Part shown: piece by piece, positions 1 through 9,396 of the stretch
How positions within the stretch are numbered: position 1 is the stretch's first letter
Layout: every line of letters begins with the position of its first letter
Source of the DNA: a virus
Strand: one strand, 5' to 3'
Virus record (IMG/VR): IMGVR_UViG_3300029620_000016
Span: 1 to 42,683 of that record
Length of the DNA: 42,683 bases
Position numbers and translations under genes: made by a program
The notes under the pieces: model-generated
What the model was told of the DNA's origin: nothing
What the model saw: the letters and a program-made list of their open reading frames with translations, nothing else
Databases searched by the model: none

Positions 1-99
1 TGTCGGCATTTTCCACTTCCTTTCATTAATATTTTATACTAAAATTTCAATAAATTAAATAGTTTCTTCTTTTTTAGGATTTGATAAAACGTGCATCCA
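1..99. repeat. Terminal direct repeat, copy 1. Identical to 42585-42683, so it is the circular-closure overlap of the contig.
   Basis: Compared base by base: tgtcggcattttccacttcc...ataaaacgtgcatcca is present at both ends, 99 of 99 identical. Confidence 0.95.
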
Positions 100-351
100 A
101 TCTTCACGTAAAACAGATGTATAGTTGCTTGGTGAATCGTAAATTCCAAGAACTGCAATTATTGAATAATTACGTTCTTCCGCTGGGATTTCTTCATCTT
201 CATTACTGTAAAATACGTGAGTATCGTCAGCGTGTAATACTCTTCTAGTTCTTGTTGTACCATCTGACATAGTTATAGTTTTGGTTTCAAGATATAAACC
301 TTCTTGACCTTCTACCGGTGTCCATGTTGGGTCGATTGTAGTTGTTATCAT
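55..351 (-). CDS. Hypothetical protein (98 aa), part of the late operon
   Basis: The ORF tiles directly after the LRR gene on the same strand. No motif recognised. Confidence 0.5.
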   Translation of the reverse strand: MITTTIDPTWTPVEGQEGLYLETKTITMSDGTTRTRRVLHADDTHVFYSNEDEEIPAEERNYSIIAVLGIYDSPSNYTSVLREDWMHVLSNPKKEETI

Positions 352-363
352 TTTAATTTCCTC

Positions 364-1413
364 CTATTTCAATGTCCAACCTTTATTAGTCGCTATTTGT
401 TGATCTTCTTCCGTGAGTTTAGCTAAGTTAGTACTACCCATTGTGAGAGTTTGAGTAGATGTAACAGTAGCACAGTTGTTTAAAATCTCGACTAGTGCTT
501 CTTCTGTGAATAATGTTGAATAACTAATGTTAAACTTATAGTTCATTCCATACGCATGAAAATAACTTAGTTTAGAACAATTATAAAACGTATTGTCAAA
601 AGCATTATAGTTATTGCCCTCTAACTTAATAGCTGGTATACCTTCTAAACTTGAACACATATAGAACATTTTGCTAAACCTAATTTCATCAACTTCTACA
701 CTCATACCACTAAAGTCAAATGCAGGAATACTTACCAATCTTGAACAATTATAGAACATTCCACAACCACTTTGTAATTTACTAAAGTCATATAAGGGTA
801 CGGTGGTTAGTTTAGTACAATTGTTGAACATATATTGTGCATAAATAACGTTTTTTGTATTAAATAAAGGTGCTTCTACTAAATTTGAGCAACCGTTAAA
901 TATGTTATTTACTTTTTCAACATTAACTGTATCGTTAAAGGGTATTAAATCGTTTAACGTTGTACTTGTATTATATGAAAACCATTGGTTCATACTCTTA
1001 GTGGTATCTAATAAAGTCTTTAACGTACTTGTACCGCCTCCACTTTCAAGCGTTCCAGTTACGCCTAAAATGGTAGTATCTTTTTTAATATTTTCAGCTT
1101 TAATATTACTATCAATAGAACTTGTAACGGCATTAATAGTAACTTTGCTTAAACTATCATTTCCAGCATCAGGTGTAACTACTTGTTGCTCGGTTGTCGG
1201 AGTAACAGTCTTTTCTTGTAATGTAGGATCAATCGATATACCACCCACTAAAGTTTTAATATCTTCAACTAGTGCTTTGTTTTGATTAACTAACTCAGTA
1301 TTTGTATCGACTAAATTTTCACTTAATGGATCAATACAGCCACTCGGTAGTTTAATCAGTTTGTTGTCGATAGTCATTAATTTTCCATTAATTGATAAAT
1401 ATTTATCTGACAT
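364..1413 (-). CDS. BspA-type leucine-rich-repeat protein with an N-terminal fibre-like module. Putative receptor-binding or adhesin protein.
   Basis: The C-terminal half holds roughly 23-aa repeats (IFNGCSNLVEAP, MFNNCTKLTTVP, MFYNCSRLVSIP, MFYMCSSLEGIP, TFYNCSKLSYF). The N-terminal part has TVTPTTEQQVVTPDAGNDSLSKVTINAV...AENIKKDTTILGVTGT, a module shared with ORF 41511-42593. Confidence 0.7.
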   Translation of the reverse strand: MSDKYLSINGKLMTIDNKLIKLPSGCIDPLSENLVDTNTELVNQNKALVEDIKTLVGGISIDPTLQEKTVTPTTEQQVVTPDAGNDSLSKVTINAVTSSIDSNIKAENIKKDTTILGVTGTLESGGGTSTLKTLLDTTKSMNQWFSYNTSTTLNDLIPFNDTVNVEKVNNIFNGCSNLVEAPLFNTKNVIYAQYMFNNCTKLTTVPLYDFSKLQSGCGMFYNCSRLVSIPAFDFSGMSVEVDEIRFSKMFYMCSSLEGIPAIKLEGNNYNAFDNTFYNCSKLSYFHAYGMNYKFNISYSTLFTEEALVEILNNCATVTSTQTLTMGSTNLAKLTEEDQQIATNKGWTLK

Positions 1414-1416
1414 ATG

Positions 1417-2415
1417 TTATACCTCGAACGGAACTAGCAACACAACTATGATGGTTTCATCAATATTAGTTACTGAAAAAGTTAATTTATGGGTTGTAGT
1501 ATTATAAAAATTTGGCACATATGCTCCAGTACCAGAATCTAAATTATTTATTGTAAATATTCCACTATTAGATTCTCCAGATGCGCCAGCACTACTAATT
1601 TGGTAATAATAATATAAACCAGGGTTAGGAAGAGTTACTGAATAACTGGTAGGGTCTGTTTCTGAATTAAATTGTCCAGTTATTTTTTTGCCAGTATTTC
1701 TAATATTACTAATTTCATCAGCAGTTAAGTCTAAAGCTGGAATTTCATCAGATCCAACTGCGCTTGTTTCAGTAACAGCGATTTGAACTGTAAAACTTGT
1801 ATTATTGTTAAATATAAAAACTAAATTTCCATTCTGGTCTTTACTTAATCCAGTAACAATAGCACCTTCCGCCATTAATTGCCATTTAGTAGTGTCACTT
1901 GGTAATACTCCAGTTATTTCAGTGCTACTAGTACACATATAAGAAGAATAGTTATAATATACAATATTTGGTCTTTTATATGCTTTTGTGGAGTCATATT
2001 CACTGATATAAAGCCCATTTAATATAGCTTTAGCTTGAAGTTCTATTTCTTCAATTTCAGCTATTTCTTCATTGCTTGGTTGAGTGTAATTGGTTGGTTT
2101 TAATCTAGGAATGATTGGAATTGTAATAGATTTGATTGTTTTATATGTCAATCCACTATTTGTATAGATATAAGCTAAAATGTCATATTTTTCACCTAGA
2201 AGTGTATTAGGAATTGATACTTCACAAGTTCCATCATCTTTAAGTACACCTTGAACCGCTAAGGCTTCAAGTGATTTCTTATTACAAAAATGTACTTTTG
2301 GAGTAATAGATGCAAAATCAATACCACTTATTACAAGTGTTTGATAAGAGTCCCATTGGTAGAGGTTTTCAGTAGTTAAATCGTTAATTGATTCATTAAA
2401 TTCAGCTTTTATCAT
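1417..2415 (-). CDS. Hypothetical structural protein (332 aa)
   Basis: Its start overlaps the end of the MuF-like gene and it sits in the late operon. No catalytic motif recognised. Confidence 0.5.
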   Translation of the reverse strand: MIKAEFNESINDLTTENLYQWDSYQTLVISGIDFASITPKVHFCNKKSLEALAVQGVLKDDGTCEVSIPNTLLGEKYDILAYIYTNSGLTYKTIKSITIPIIPRLKPTNYTQPSNEEIAEIEEIELQAKAILNGLYISEYDSTKAYKRPNIVYYNYSSYMCTSSTEITGVLPSDTTKWQLMAEGAIVTGLSKDQNGNLVFIFNNNTSFTVQIAVTETSAVGSDEIPALDLTADEISNIRNTGKKITGQFNSETDPTSYSVTLPNPGLYYYYQISSAGASGESNSGIFTINNLDSGTGAYVPNFYNTTTHKLTFSVTNIDETIIVVLLVPFEV

Positions 2416-3337
2416 TTGTTATCCTCCAAAATTCTTTTTTAAATTCTTCATAATCTTCTTTGTTTTTAAATTCCATAAGTTCGTTATCTTCACCATTCAT
2501 TTTGGTAAATGATTTACCAAGATTCCATTTTGCTCTTTGCAAGACTACACAACGGCAGTTAATATCTTCACTTGGAATTCCAAAGCCACCAGGATACATA
2601 GCTTCATCACCATCAGCATTTTTAAATGGTTTATCAATATCAACTATTTGACCATCTAAGAATCTATGATTTGGTCTAGTTTTTCCATCAAGCGTTGAAT
2701 CCCATTCTTTAACAATATTAGCACCTTTTTTCTTAGCTTCGGCTTGTGCATTGTAAGTTGATTCTTGGGAAATTCGATGTCCTTCAGTTCTTGCTATTCT
2801 GATAGAATTGTTGTAAGTATTTTGGCTAGCATTTTTAATTAGGCTTGCTATTTGTTCGTATGAATAAGCTTGACTTATTCCACGTGATATCTCACTCCTA
2901 ATTATACGCTTTAAATCTTTAATTTCAATACCTAAACTATCATATAAGTTCTTTGATAACTTAGTATTCAATTGAATAGCTTTTACCACTTGCTCTTGAT
3001 CTATTGGGAATATTAAAGGTATACCTTGATTTTGTAAATCGTATAAAGTACCAACCCAAGACTCTTCATAACATTTAGTTAAGTATTCACTGATAGTTTG
3101 AAAGTTTTGGGTGTGCAATTGGTCTAGAATAGTTTCTATTTGTTTTTTTAGGGCTTTTTGATATTCTACCTGATAAATTATACTTTGTAAGTTTTGCGTG
3201 TCTGTACGAGCTTGTAAATCAGCTATTTTAACCATTATATCTTGGAGTGCTTTTTCATAAGTCTTAGTTATTTCTTTAATAACTTCAGCTTCATTTTTTA
3301 AAACTTGGAATTGAACTCTTTTTTGGTATTTGTTCAT
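2402..3337 (-). CDS. Minor head / head-morphogenesis protein, SPP1 gp7 (MuF-like) family
   Basis: It lies immediately downstream of portal. The C-terminal signature is WDSTLDGKTRPNHRFLDGQIV...INCRCV. Confidence 0.8.
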   Translation of the reverse strand: MNKYQKRVQFQVLKNEAEVIKEITKTYEKALQDIMVKIADLQARTDTQNLQSIIYQVEYQKALKKQIETILDQLHTQNFQTISEYLTKCYEESWVGTLYDLQNQGIPLIFPIDQEQVVKAIQLNTKLSKNLYDSLGIEIKDLKRIIRSEISRGISQAYSYEQIASLIKNASQNTYNNSIRIARTEGHRISQESTYNAQAEAKKKGANIVKEWDSTLDGKTRPNHRFLDGQIVDIDKPFKNADGDEAMYPGGFGIPSEDINCRCVVLQRAKWNLGKSFTKMNGEDNELMEFKNKEDYEEFKKEFWRITNDKS

Positions 3338-3339
3338 GG

Positions 3340-4761
3340 TTATTCACCAGCCAATAACTTTTGCACTTCTTGATTTAATTCAGCTTCACTTTTAGGTAGT
3401 TTATCTTTGATTTCTTCATAATCAATATCAAGTACCTTACAGATCTTTTGTAAAATAGTTTCCTTATCGATTACTTGAGCGAGATTAAGTAATGTATTAA
3501 TTTCAACCGCTTTAGTATCAGCTTCAACTTTTTCAATGTTAGCATTATCAGAAGCATTTGTCATAACTTCACGCTCAAATTCAAAGTAGACATCCTTTAA
3601 TGAATATGCAGTTTCATTACCAGTTGAGTTAATTTCATCAAGTACAACTTGTACTATTTTTGATAAAAAAGCTCTTAATTGCTTTTCAAACTTATTACAT
3701 TTTAGATCCAACAAAGCATATCTTGATTTAATTACAACATTAGTGATATTTCCATCACCTAATTGGCAACTATTAAAACCCATACCAAATCTATAAATGT
3801 TTTTTTCATCAAGTTCAAGTTTTGCAACTCTTGCTTGATATGGAATATCAACTGTTTTAATGTCTACATTTCCACCTTCACCAACTCCGAGAGTCTTTTT
3901 AGTTTTAATATTCATTTGCAATTCATCCAGGTTGTCACCTTGGAATCCACTTACTGCATAAATAGGAAAGTCAAAGTCTTGAATATTGTTAGATAATCCA
4001 CATGCCATTAAATCATAGTCATCAATTAATGGTTTAATTGGGTCTAAATCTGAAACTTCAAACTTATTATTTTTTAGTTTGAAGAATGGAATGTAACCTA
4101 AAGAAGCACCGAATTCCTTACTTTTTGTCTCATAAACAATATGAGGTCTAGGATTTAATTCAACCGATCCATCAATAGTGAGTTTGCCATCTCCGTCTTG
4201 GACAAAATAACTAACATATTCTTTATCCCATACCTGGATTTTGGTTATAAGATTGTGATTCTTTCCAATACGTTCAACATAGTAATAGATAACATATTCA
4301 CAATTATCATCACTTTCAGTCTTTCTGACTTCAACAACGTTTAAAGAATCAGCGTGTAAAAACTTAGTTATACCTTCAGCCGATTTATAAGCGTACATAT
4401 AACCAAATCCACGTGATTTACAATCAGTTCCAGTGTTGACTAATTCATTAATAAATTCAGCACCAAAATATTTATCTAACTCATCTTGAAGCTCTGGAAT
4501 ATTAGATTTGACAATCTTTTCACCACTAAACATGTATTGAACACATTGGTCAACCAATTCAGTGAAAAAAGGATGTGATATTTTGATATTACTTCTATAT
4601 TTGTCTTCAACTAAGTTGCCATCTGTATCATAGTAAAACATTCGATAATTTTTAATATCATGAATTCCACGATAATATTCATCACCTTTTTTGGCTTTAG
4701 TTTTGTTCATTGAAGTTTTATCATTTTCAATTAGTGTTTTAATTTCTTCTATTTGTAGCAT
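3340..4761 (-). CDS. Portal protein (SPP1 gp6-like)
   Basis: 473 aa, between TerL and the MuF-like gene. The N-terminal GDEYYRGIHDI...SNIKISHPFFTELVDQCVQY pattern is typical of SPP1-type portals. Confidence 0.8.
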   Translation of the reverse strand: MLQIEEIKTLIENDKTSMNKTKAKKGDEYYRGIHDIKNYRMFYYDTDGNLVEDKYRSNIKISHPFFTELVDQCVQYMFSGEKIVKSNIPELQDELDKYFGAEFINELVNTGTDCKSRGFGYMYAYKSAEGITKFLHADSLNVVEVRKTESDDNCEYVIYYYVERIGKNHNLITKIQVWDKEYVSYFVQDGDGKLTIDGSVELNPRPHIVYETKSKEFGASLGYIPFFKLKNNKFEVSDLDPIKPLIDDYDLMACGLSNNIQDFDFPIYAVSGFQGDNLDELQMNIKTKKTLGVGEGGNVDIKTVDIPYQARVAKLELDEKNIYRFGMGFNSCQLGDGNITNVVIKSRYALLDLKCNKFEKQLRAFLSKIVQVVLDEINSTGNETAYSLKDVYFEFEREVMTNASDNANIEKVEADTKAVEINTLLNLAQVIDKETILQKICKVLDIDYEEIKDKLPKSEAELNQEVQKLLAGE

Positions 4762-4775
4762 CTTTTACCTCATTT

Positions 4776-6143
4776 TTAATATAACCATTGCCCTATTGGT
4801 TGGTTGTGTTCATAAACACCTGTAACGGCATCTGGACAGTCATCATGTGCGTTTTTACCTTCTTTTTGATACCTTATCATCATATCCGCAAATTCTGGAT
4901 ATTTGTCAATCCAGTTATGAGGATAAAATACGTGAGCCATAACTGAGGCACTGTTTGAAAATATTCTAGCTTGCTTATTTTCGCTTTGATGAAACCATTG
5001 AATATTTGTATGATTGTTGTCTAATTTTTTGCATTCAGTTTTTACATTTCTTGCAAAACTTCGACCACCATTATTAGATTCTATGATTGCAGTACCAACT
5101 TTATCTTTAGTTAGCATTTTTGCCACCATTGGTTCAGTTACTTCCATAGGCTCTTTAGTACAAACTATATCAATTATGTAATAATCTTCACCTACAACTA
5201 AATAATCTATTGAGCATAAATAGTCTTCTCCAGTATCGGCAGTATCAGTGTAATTAAGAATATATTTATAATTCTTTGGCAACTCAGTATAAGTTTTAAA
5301 TTGAGTGTATAAACGACCTTTAATATCGATTGGCTCTTGTTGATAGTTAGCTTCAACTATCTCTTTACTCATGGACTTAGTTTTAAATAAGAAATCTTCT
5401 TTGTTTAAAATTTCATCGCATAGCATTGAACCATCTTCTTGAAGTGCTTTATAGTTAATATGTCGGCAAGGATAATTATCTAATATATATCCAGCTAAAT
5501 CTTTCTTAGCCCACCTAGTCATAATTATAATTAATTTAAAGCCACTTTCAGTACGTGATAGCATTGTATCCGTAAACCAGCTTATATGCTTATTCAGCGT
5601 GTTTTCGTTGAATGCTTCTTCACTTGACTTAATTAAGTCATCTATAATCATAATGTTACAACCAAACCCAGTTGCAGTACCATTTGGAGAAGTTGCTAAG
5701 TAATTTGTTTGTTGTGAACCTTCCAAAGCCCATTTATTAGCGCTTGATTCACCACGTTTAACTTTTGTATTAGGGAATATATCAGAATAAGATAATATAC
5801 CTTGCGTTTTTTCTTCAAGAATTGCATCACGGACTTGTTTAGCAAATGTCATTGACAGTGTTTCATTGTATGATCCAGTCATAACTTTATTGTGAATTGA
5901 CTGACCAAACAACCATTTTACGAATTGTGTAGCAGTTCTAGACTTGCCATGTCTTGGTGGTAAGTTAATTACCAGGATCTTTTCATCTGATTCATAGAAA
6001 TTTTGAAGCTGATGGCACATATCTTTTAAGAATGGTCTTGATTCTTTGTAAAAGTCTGAAGCGGTTAATTTACAAAAATCCCAGAAATCTCTACGTGCTA
6101 ATTCTAATTTAGCTTGGTAGATTACTTCACTTGGAATCCCCAT
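4776..6143 (-). CDS. terL: Terminase large subunit
   Basis: Walker A-like LPPRHGKSRT, Walker B IMIIDDL and a C-terminal nuclease-like acidic region. Its start overlaps the end of the upstream small-subunit ORF. Confidence 0.85.
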   Translation of the reverse strand: MGIPSEVIYQAKLELARRDFWDFCKLTASDFYKESRPFLKDMCHQLQNFYESDEKILVINLPPRHGKSRTATQFVKWLFGQSIHNKVMTGSYNETLSMTFAKQVRDAILEEKTQGILSYSDIFPNTKVKRGESSANKWALEGSQQTNYLATSPNGTATGFGCNIMIIDDLIKSSEEAFNENTLNKHISWFTDTMLSRTESGFKLIIIMTRWAKKDLAGYILDNYPCRHINYKALQEDGSMLCDEILNKEDFLFKTKSMSKEIVEANYQQEPIDIKGRLYTQFKTYTELPKNYKYILNYTDTADTGEDYLCSIDYLVVGEDYYIIDIVCTKEPMEVTEPMVAKMLTKDKVGTAIIESNNGGRSFARNVKTECKKLDNNHTNIQWFHQSENKQARIFSNSASVMAHVFYPHNWIDKYPEFADMMIRYQKEGKNAHDDCPDAVTGVYEHNQPIGQWLY

Positions 6144-6558
6144 TATTAATAAGTTCCCTTAATTCCTCAGTAGTTAAGTCTTTTAAAGGATTTTTTACTT
6201 CAGCATTTACATTTACATTTTCGCTTGGTTTATCACCAATAGAATCACGGATATACATTGCACTCGATAGATCACCATTTAAAGCTCTTTGGACTTGTCT
6301 TAATTGAATTGCTTCATTGACTGTTATATTCTTACCTTTTAAACCTTTAAATGATTTTATTTCTTCGATATCAGCTTCTTTACGCTTGTCTAAGGGCATT
6401 GCTAAGAATATTTCAAGTATTTCCTTAGTACGTTTTTTGGCTCTCTTAACTTCCCCTGATTTTATACCACCTTTAGATGAATTGGCTTTTCTTTCTTCAG
6501 CAGTAAAGGTATTTCCAAAATTCTCAGGTGGGTTTCCTCTACTTGGTTTAGTAACCAT
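6127..6558 (-). CDS. terS: Putative terminase small subunit
   Basis: 143-aa basic protein whose end overlaps the TerL start. The call rests on position. Confidence 0.55.
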   Translation of the reverse strand: MVTKPSRGNPPENFGNTFTAEERKANSSKGGIKSGEVKRAKKRTKEILEIFLAMPLDKRKEADIEEIKSFKGLKGKNITVNEAIQLRQVQRALNGDLSSAMYIRDSIGDKPSENVNVNAEVKNPLKDLTTEELRELINNGDSK

Positions 6559-6566
6559 AATATCAC

Positions 6567-6695
6567 CTACTTTCTTTTATTAGGTTTTTTGACTGTCTTT
6601 TTAGTATTAGTTGGTCTAGGTCTTGTCCCATTCATCTTGTTAGCAGTTTCTCTATTCATTTTTTCAAATAATTTGTCTAATTCTTTGTCAGTCAT
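6567..6695 (-). CDS. Mini-ORF, 42-aa Lys/Arg-rich peptide (MTDKELDKLFEKMNRETANKMNGTRPRPTNTKKTVKKPNKRK)
   Basis: Translated by hand; it is below the ORF-track size cutoff. A GGAGGA SD overlaps the stop of the upstream ART-like gene, 9 nt before the ATG. Confidence 0.45.
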   Translation of the reverse strand: MTDKELDKLFEKMNRETANKMNGTRPRPTNTKKTVKKPNKRK

Positions 6696-6709
6696 CGTTT
6701 CTTATCCTC

Positions 6710-7498
6710 CTACCATTTATTACTTCCAGCTTTAATTGTTTTACTCATTGTAATAGCATTTCTACTTAAAATATTAAAATAACTATTTCCAGCGTCAATT
6801 ACATTGTATCCTTTAGCCATAGCATAAATACTAGCTTGTGAAGCTCTATCACATTTAGATAATGCTTTACCTAACTTTGAACCACTACTAATTTCACGAG
6901 AAACACCATTAACAGCACTTCTATAACTAATCACTTTAGCATTAGAATTTAATTTAGCTCTAATGACTGCGGTTCTTTTAATATTACCTTTAGTATTTCC
7001 ATAATAACTTGATTCAGCATAATCATTAGCAAAATAAATACCCCTACCATAAGCCGAACCACCGCTATCAGATACTCTGGTAACTGAACCACGCTGGACT
7101 TGTGATGCAATTGTGTCGGCATCCCACCTCATTCTATTTCGAGTATCGTTAACTGAGTTGACTGTTCTAAATAGTTCAGTTCCATTCATTGTATCAAGCA
7201 CATTATCATCGACCAATTGAGGCTTATCGTTTAGCCCTAAATTATACGTGAATTTTTGAAAATCATTATCCGCTAAAAATGCTGGTACATCTTGAGAAGC
7301 TAAATTTGATATTGCAGTAGCCTTTTGATCATCTGTCATTTTCATAAAATTATCATAATTAGCACTAAAAGCTTGAGCTTGTTGAGTTGTATCAACTTGA
7401 GGTTGTTGTGCTTGAGAATTGGATTTTTGTGTAGCTGCATTAACATTTGGTGCTGATACCCCACCAGTCCTCTTTCCCCCACGTGATGATTTAGCCAT
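6710..7498 (-). CDS. Putative ADP-ribosyltransferase-like protein (PARP-type GxGIYFA motif) with an MAKSSRGG leader
   Basis: SAYGRGIYFANDYAESSYYG resembles the PARP-catalytic GKGIYFAD strand. The N-terminus MAKSSRGGKRTGGVSAPN is paralogous to ORF 7629-8375. The catalytic triad is not fully assignable by eye. Confidence 0.45.
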   Translation of the reverse strand: MAKSSRGGKRTGGVSAPNVNAATQKSNSQAQQPQVDTTQQAQAFSANYDNFMKMTDDQKATAISNLASQDVPAFLADNDFQKFTYNLGLNDKPQLVDDNVLDTMNGTELFRTVNSVNDTRNRMRWDADTIASQVQRGSVTRVSDSGGSAYGRGIYFANDYAESSYYGNTKGNIKRTAVIRAKLNSNAKVISYRSAVNGVSREISSGSKLGKALSKCDRASQASIYAMAKGYNVIDAGNSYFNILSRNAITMSKTIKAGSNKW

Positions 7499-7614
7499 TA
7501 CTTACCACGCTTCACTTTCTTAGTGTTAGGCTTTTTTACAACTTTTATTCCAGTATTACCGTTCCATCTATCATAATCTTTAGGGCTTGTTTTTGTTTTA
7601 GCTTTTGTATTCAT
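7498..7614 (-). CDS. Mini-ORF, 38-aa Lys-rich peptide (MNTKAKTKTSPKDYDRWNGNTGIKVVKKPNTKKVKRGK)
   Basis: Translated by hand. An AGAGGTGA SD lies 6 nt upstream of the ATG. The stop overlaps the next start as TAATG. Confidence 0.45.
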   Translation of the reverse strand: MNTKAKTKTSPKDYDRWNGNTGIKVVKKPNTKKVKRGK

Positions 7615-7628
7615 ATTTTATCACCTCT

Positions 7629-8375
7629 TTAAAATGTTTCAACATCTAGAACGATTCTTGGTCTTGAACCTTTATTTCTAGGTGTCGCATATGACCCATC
7701 ATAATGAATGCCTATAATTCTTAAATTAGTCCCCTTATTCATTACAATTTCGCTTTGGGCTTTAGCCCCAAATATAACTTTACTAGTACTTGATGCCTTA
7801 ATATTCATTACAACTTCTCTACCACCACCTAAAGGTTGCCCTGGTGCAAATGGTGATTTCTTAGCGTTATATGACGTACTCATATAAGCTGTTGTCTTTA
7901 ACTCAGTGCCAATTAACTTAGATTGCAATTGTGAATCACTCAATTTTGAATAATCACTTATACCGCACTTTTGTAAAATATCATCATGGCAATATCTTAC
8001 TAAGTTAGTGTCTTTACCTAAGTCATGCATACCATTTTGTAAATTATTATTAATCCATTTTTCAGTTGCATTTAAAGGTAAACCATTATCTAGTTTATAA
8101 TTCATTGATTGGGAATAAGAATAACCTTGACTATCGATTGCATCGGATATATACATTTTTTGAGCTGATACAAAGTCAGGATCTTGATATGAATCAGCGT
8201 TAGCACTTATGATTGCACTTGCATCATTGTCATCCATATTTTGATATGATCTAGTTTGAGTTGTGTTTAAATTTCCAGTTTGTTTAGCTGGTGTATTAGA
8301 TTGGGCTATTGAAGCTCCTTTACCTGGATTCGGTGCAACTCCGCCTCTTCTTCCACCTCTTGAACTTTTAGCCAT
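7629..8375 (-). CDS. ADP-ribosyltransferase, R-S-E (C3/VIP2/Alt-like) clade, with an MAKSSRGG leader
   Basis: Ordered motifs are NLVRYC (Arg), AYMSTSY (STS) and AQSEIVMNKGT (QxE). An upstream YSYSQSMNYKL is also present. Confidence 0.7.
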   Translation of the reverse strand: MAKSSRGGRRGGVAPNPGKGASIAQSNTPAKQTGNLNTTQTRSYQNMDDNDASAIISANADSYQDPDFVSAQKMYISDAIDSQGYSYSQSMNYKLDNGLPLNATEKWINNNLQNGMHDLGKDTNLVRYCHDDILQKCGISDYSKLSDSQLQSKLIGTELKTTAYMSTSYNAKKSPFAPGQPLGGGREVVMNIKASSTSKVIFGAKAQSEIVMNKGTNLRIIGIHYDGSYATPRNKGSRPRIVLDVETF

Positions 8376-9396
8376 TGTTCCACCTCTTACTTGTAAAACT
8401 TTCTATATATTCTATGTTGCCTTTTAAGCCATCTACTTTGCTTCCATAAACAAGTATTTTGCTAGGCTTTAAAGTTTCAATCATTGTGTTATATTCACGC
8501 TTGAAATACTCTTTTAATTCTTGTGAATTAGTCCACATACTCGATATAGCAACTATTCCACCTTTAGGTTCACCTTCAAGGTAAAATTCAAGTGAACGTT
8601 CATCCGTTGAAGCTCTTATGCATGGGATTATATTTACTCCACGTTCTTGAAGATACTTAGCCACCCAATGTTTACGATAATGATTAAATATTTGCGTTGC
8701 TAGTGGCATATCACCATAAGGACTAAAATCTGGTGCAATCACTGCCCCATATTCAGATAGTTTCTTTACATATGCATCTGGATTATTCCAAATTCTAATG
8801 AATTGATAATCATCAATAAAGAAATGCACACCCTTGTTTTTATTTGGTGTTTTATCAGATAATACACAATTAAATCCGATCCACTCGGTTATTTCAGGTA
8901 TGTTATAGATTGGTTCTAGCTCTGGTATATCATATTTACCCACCCCATGGTATTGAGCTATTTCTAAGTTTAAAATATTTGCGACTCGTTTTTGAGTCTT
9001 AGCTTGTTCTTCTTTGTGTTCTTCTTCCTCATCCACAAATTCAAATCCGAATTGTTCCATATCCAGGTTGATATCTTCCAATTCTAGTTCTATCATATCC
9101 CAGTCAAACTCGGATTCGGCTACTTTGTTATGAGCTAAAGTATATGCTTTTCTTTGTTCATCGGTGAGATTATCCAAGCGGATGCAAGGGACTTCAGTCA
9201 TGCCTAACTTTTTACAAGCTAGATATCTACCGTGTCCCTCAACGATTATATTGTCTTTCCCCCATATGCCTATTGGATCATTCATTCCAAATTCCCTAAT
9301 TGAGTTCATTATTTGTTCAATTTGTTTCTTTGGATGCTTTTTAGCATTGTTTTTGTATGGGGTTAACAAATTTATATCGATATTTTCTATTTTCAT
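8368..9396 (-). CDS. ParB-like N-terminal domain protein fused to a DUF4417-like C-terminal domain
   Basis: The N-terminal roughly 115 aa (NAKKHPKKQIEQIMNSIREFG...VEGHGRYLA...EQRKAYTLAHNK) is paralogous to the N-terminus of ORF 14251-15417. The C-terminal VHFFIDDYQFIRIWNNP...APDFSPYGDMPLATQIFNHYRKHW pattern matches my recollection of DUF4417. Confidence 0.65.
   Translation of the reverse strand: MKIENIDINLLTPYKNNAKKHPKKQIEQIMNSIREFGMNDPIGIWGKDNIIVEGHGRYLACKKLGMTEVPCIRLDNLTDEQRKAYTLAHNKVAESEFDWDMIELELEDINLDMEQFGFEFVDEEEEHKEEQAKTQKRVANILNLEIAQYHGVGKYDIPELEPIYNIPEITEWIGFNCVLSDKTPNKNKGVHFFIDDYQFIRIWNNPDAYVKKLSEYGAVIAPDFSPYGDMPLATQIFNHYRKHWVAKYLQERGVNIIPCIRASTDERSLEFYLEGEPKGGIVAISSMWTNSQELKEYFKREYNTMIETLKPSKILVYGSKVDGLKGNIEYIESFTSKRWNNG

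Noticed and set aside
902-1285. Plus-strand ORFs lying antisense inside minus-strand genes: 902-1285, 2460-2651, 3763-3996, 6317-6583, 9164-9415, 9653-9856, 12165-12419, 12677-12868, 14228-14443, 14852-15148, 16643-16897, 18770-19045, 19026-19229, 33096-33332, 33579-34160, 34563-34766, 35157-35420, 36586-36900, 37194-37454, 40055-40312, 41915-42139 and 42172-42642.
   Set aside because: Each is fully embedded opposite a longer ORF with recognisable function or operon context. They lack SD sites and translate to low-complexity Leu/Ser/Phe/Ile-rich strings typical of antisense frames in AT-rich DNA.
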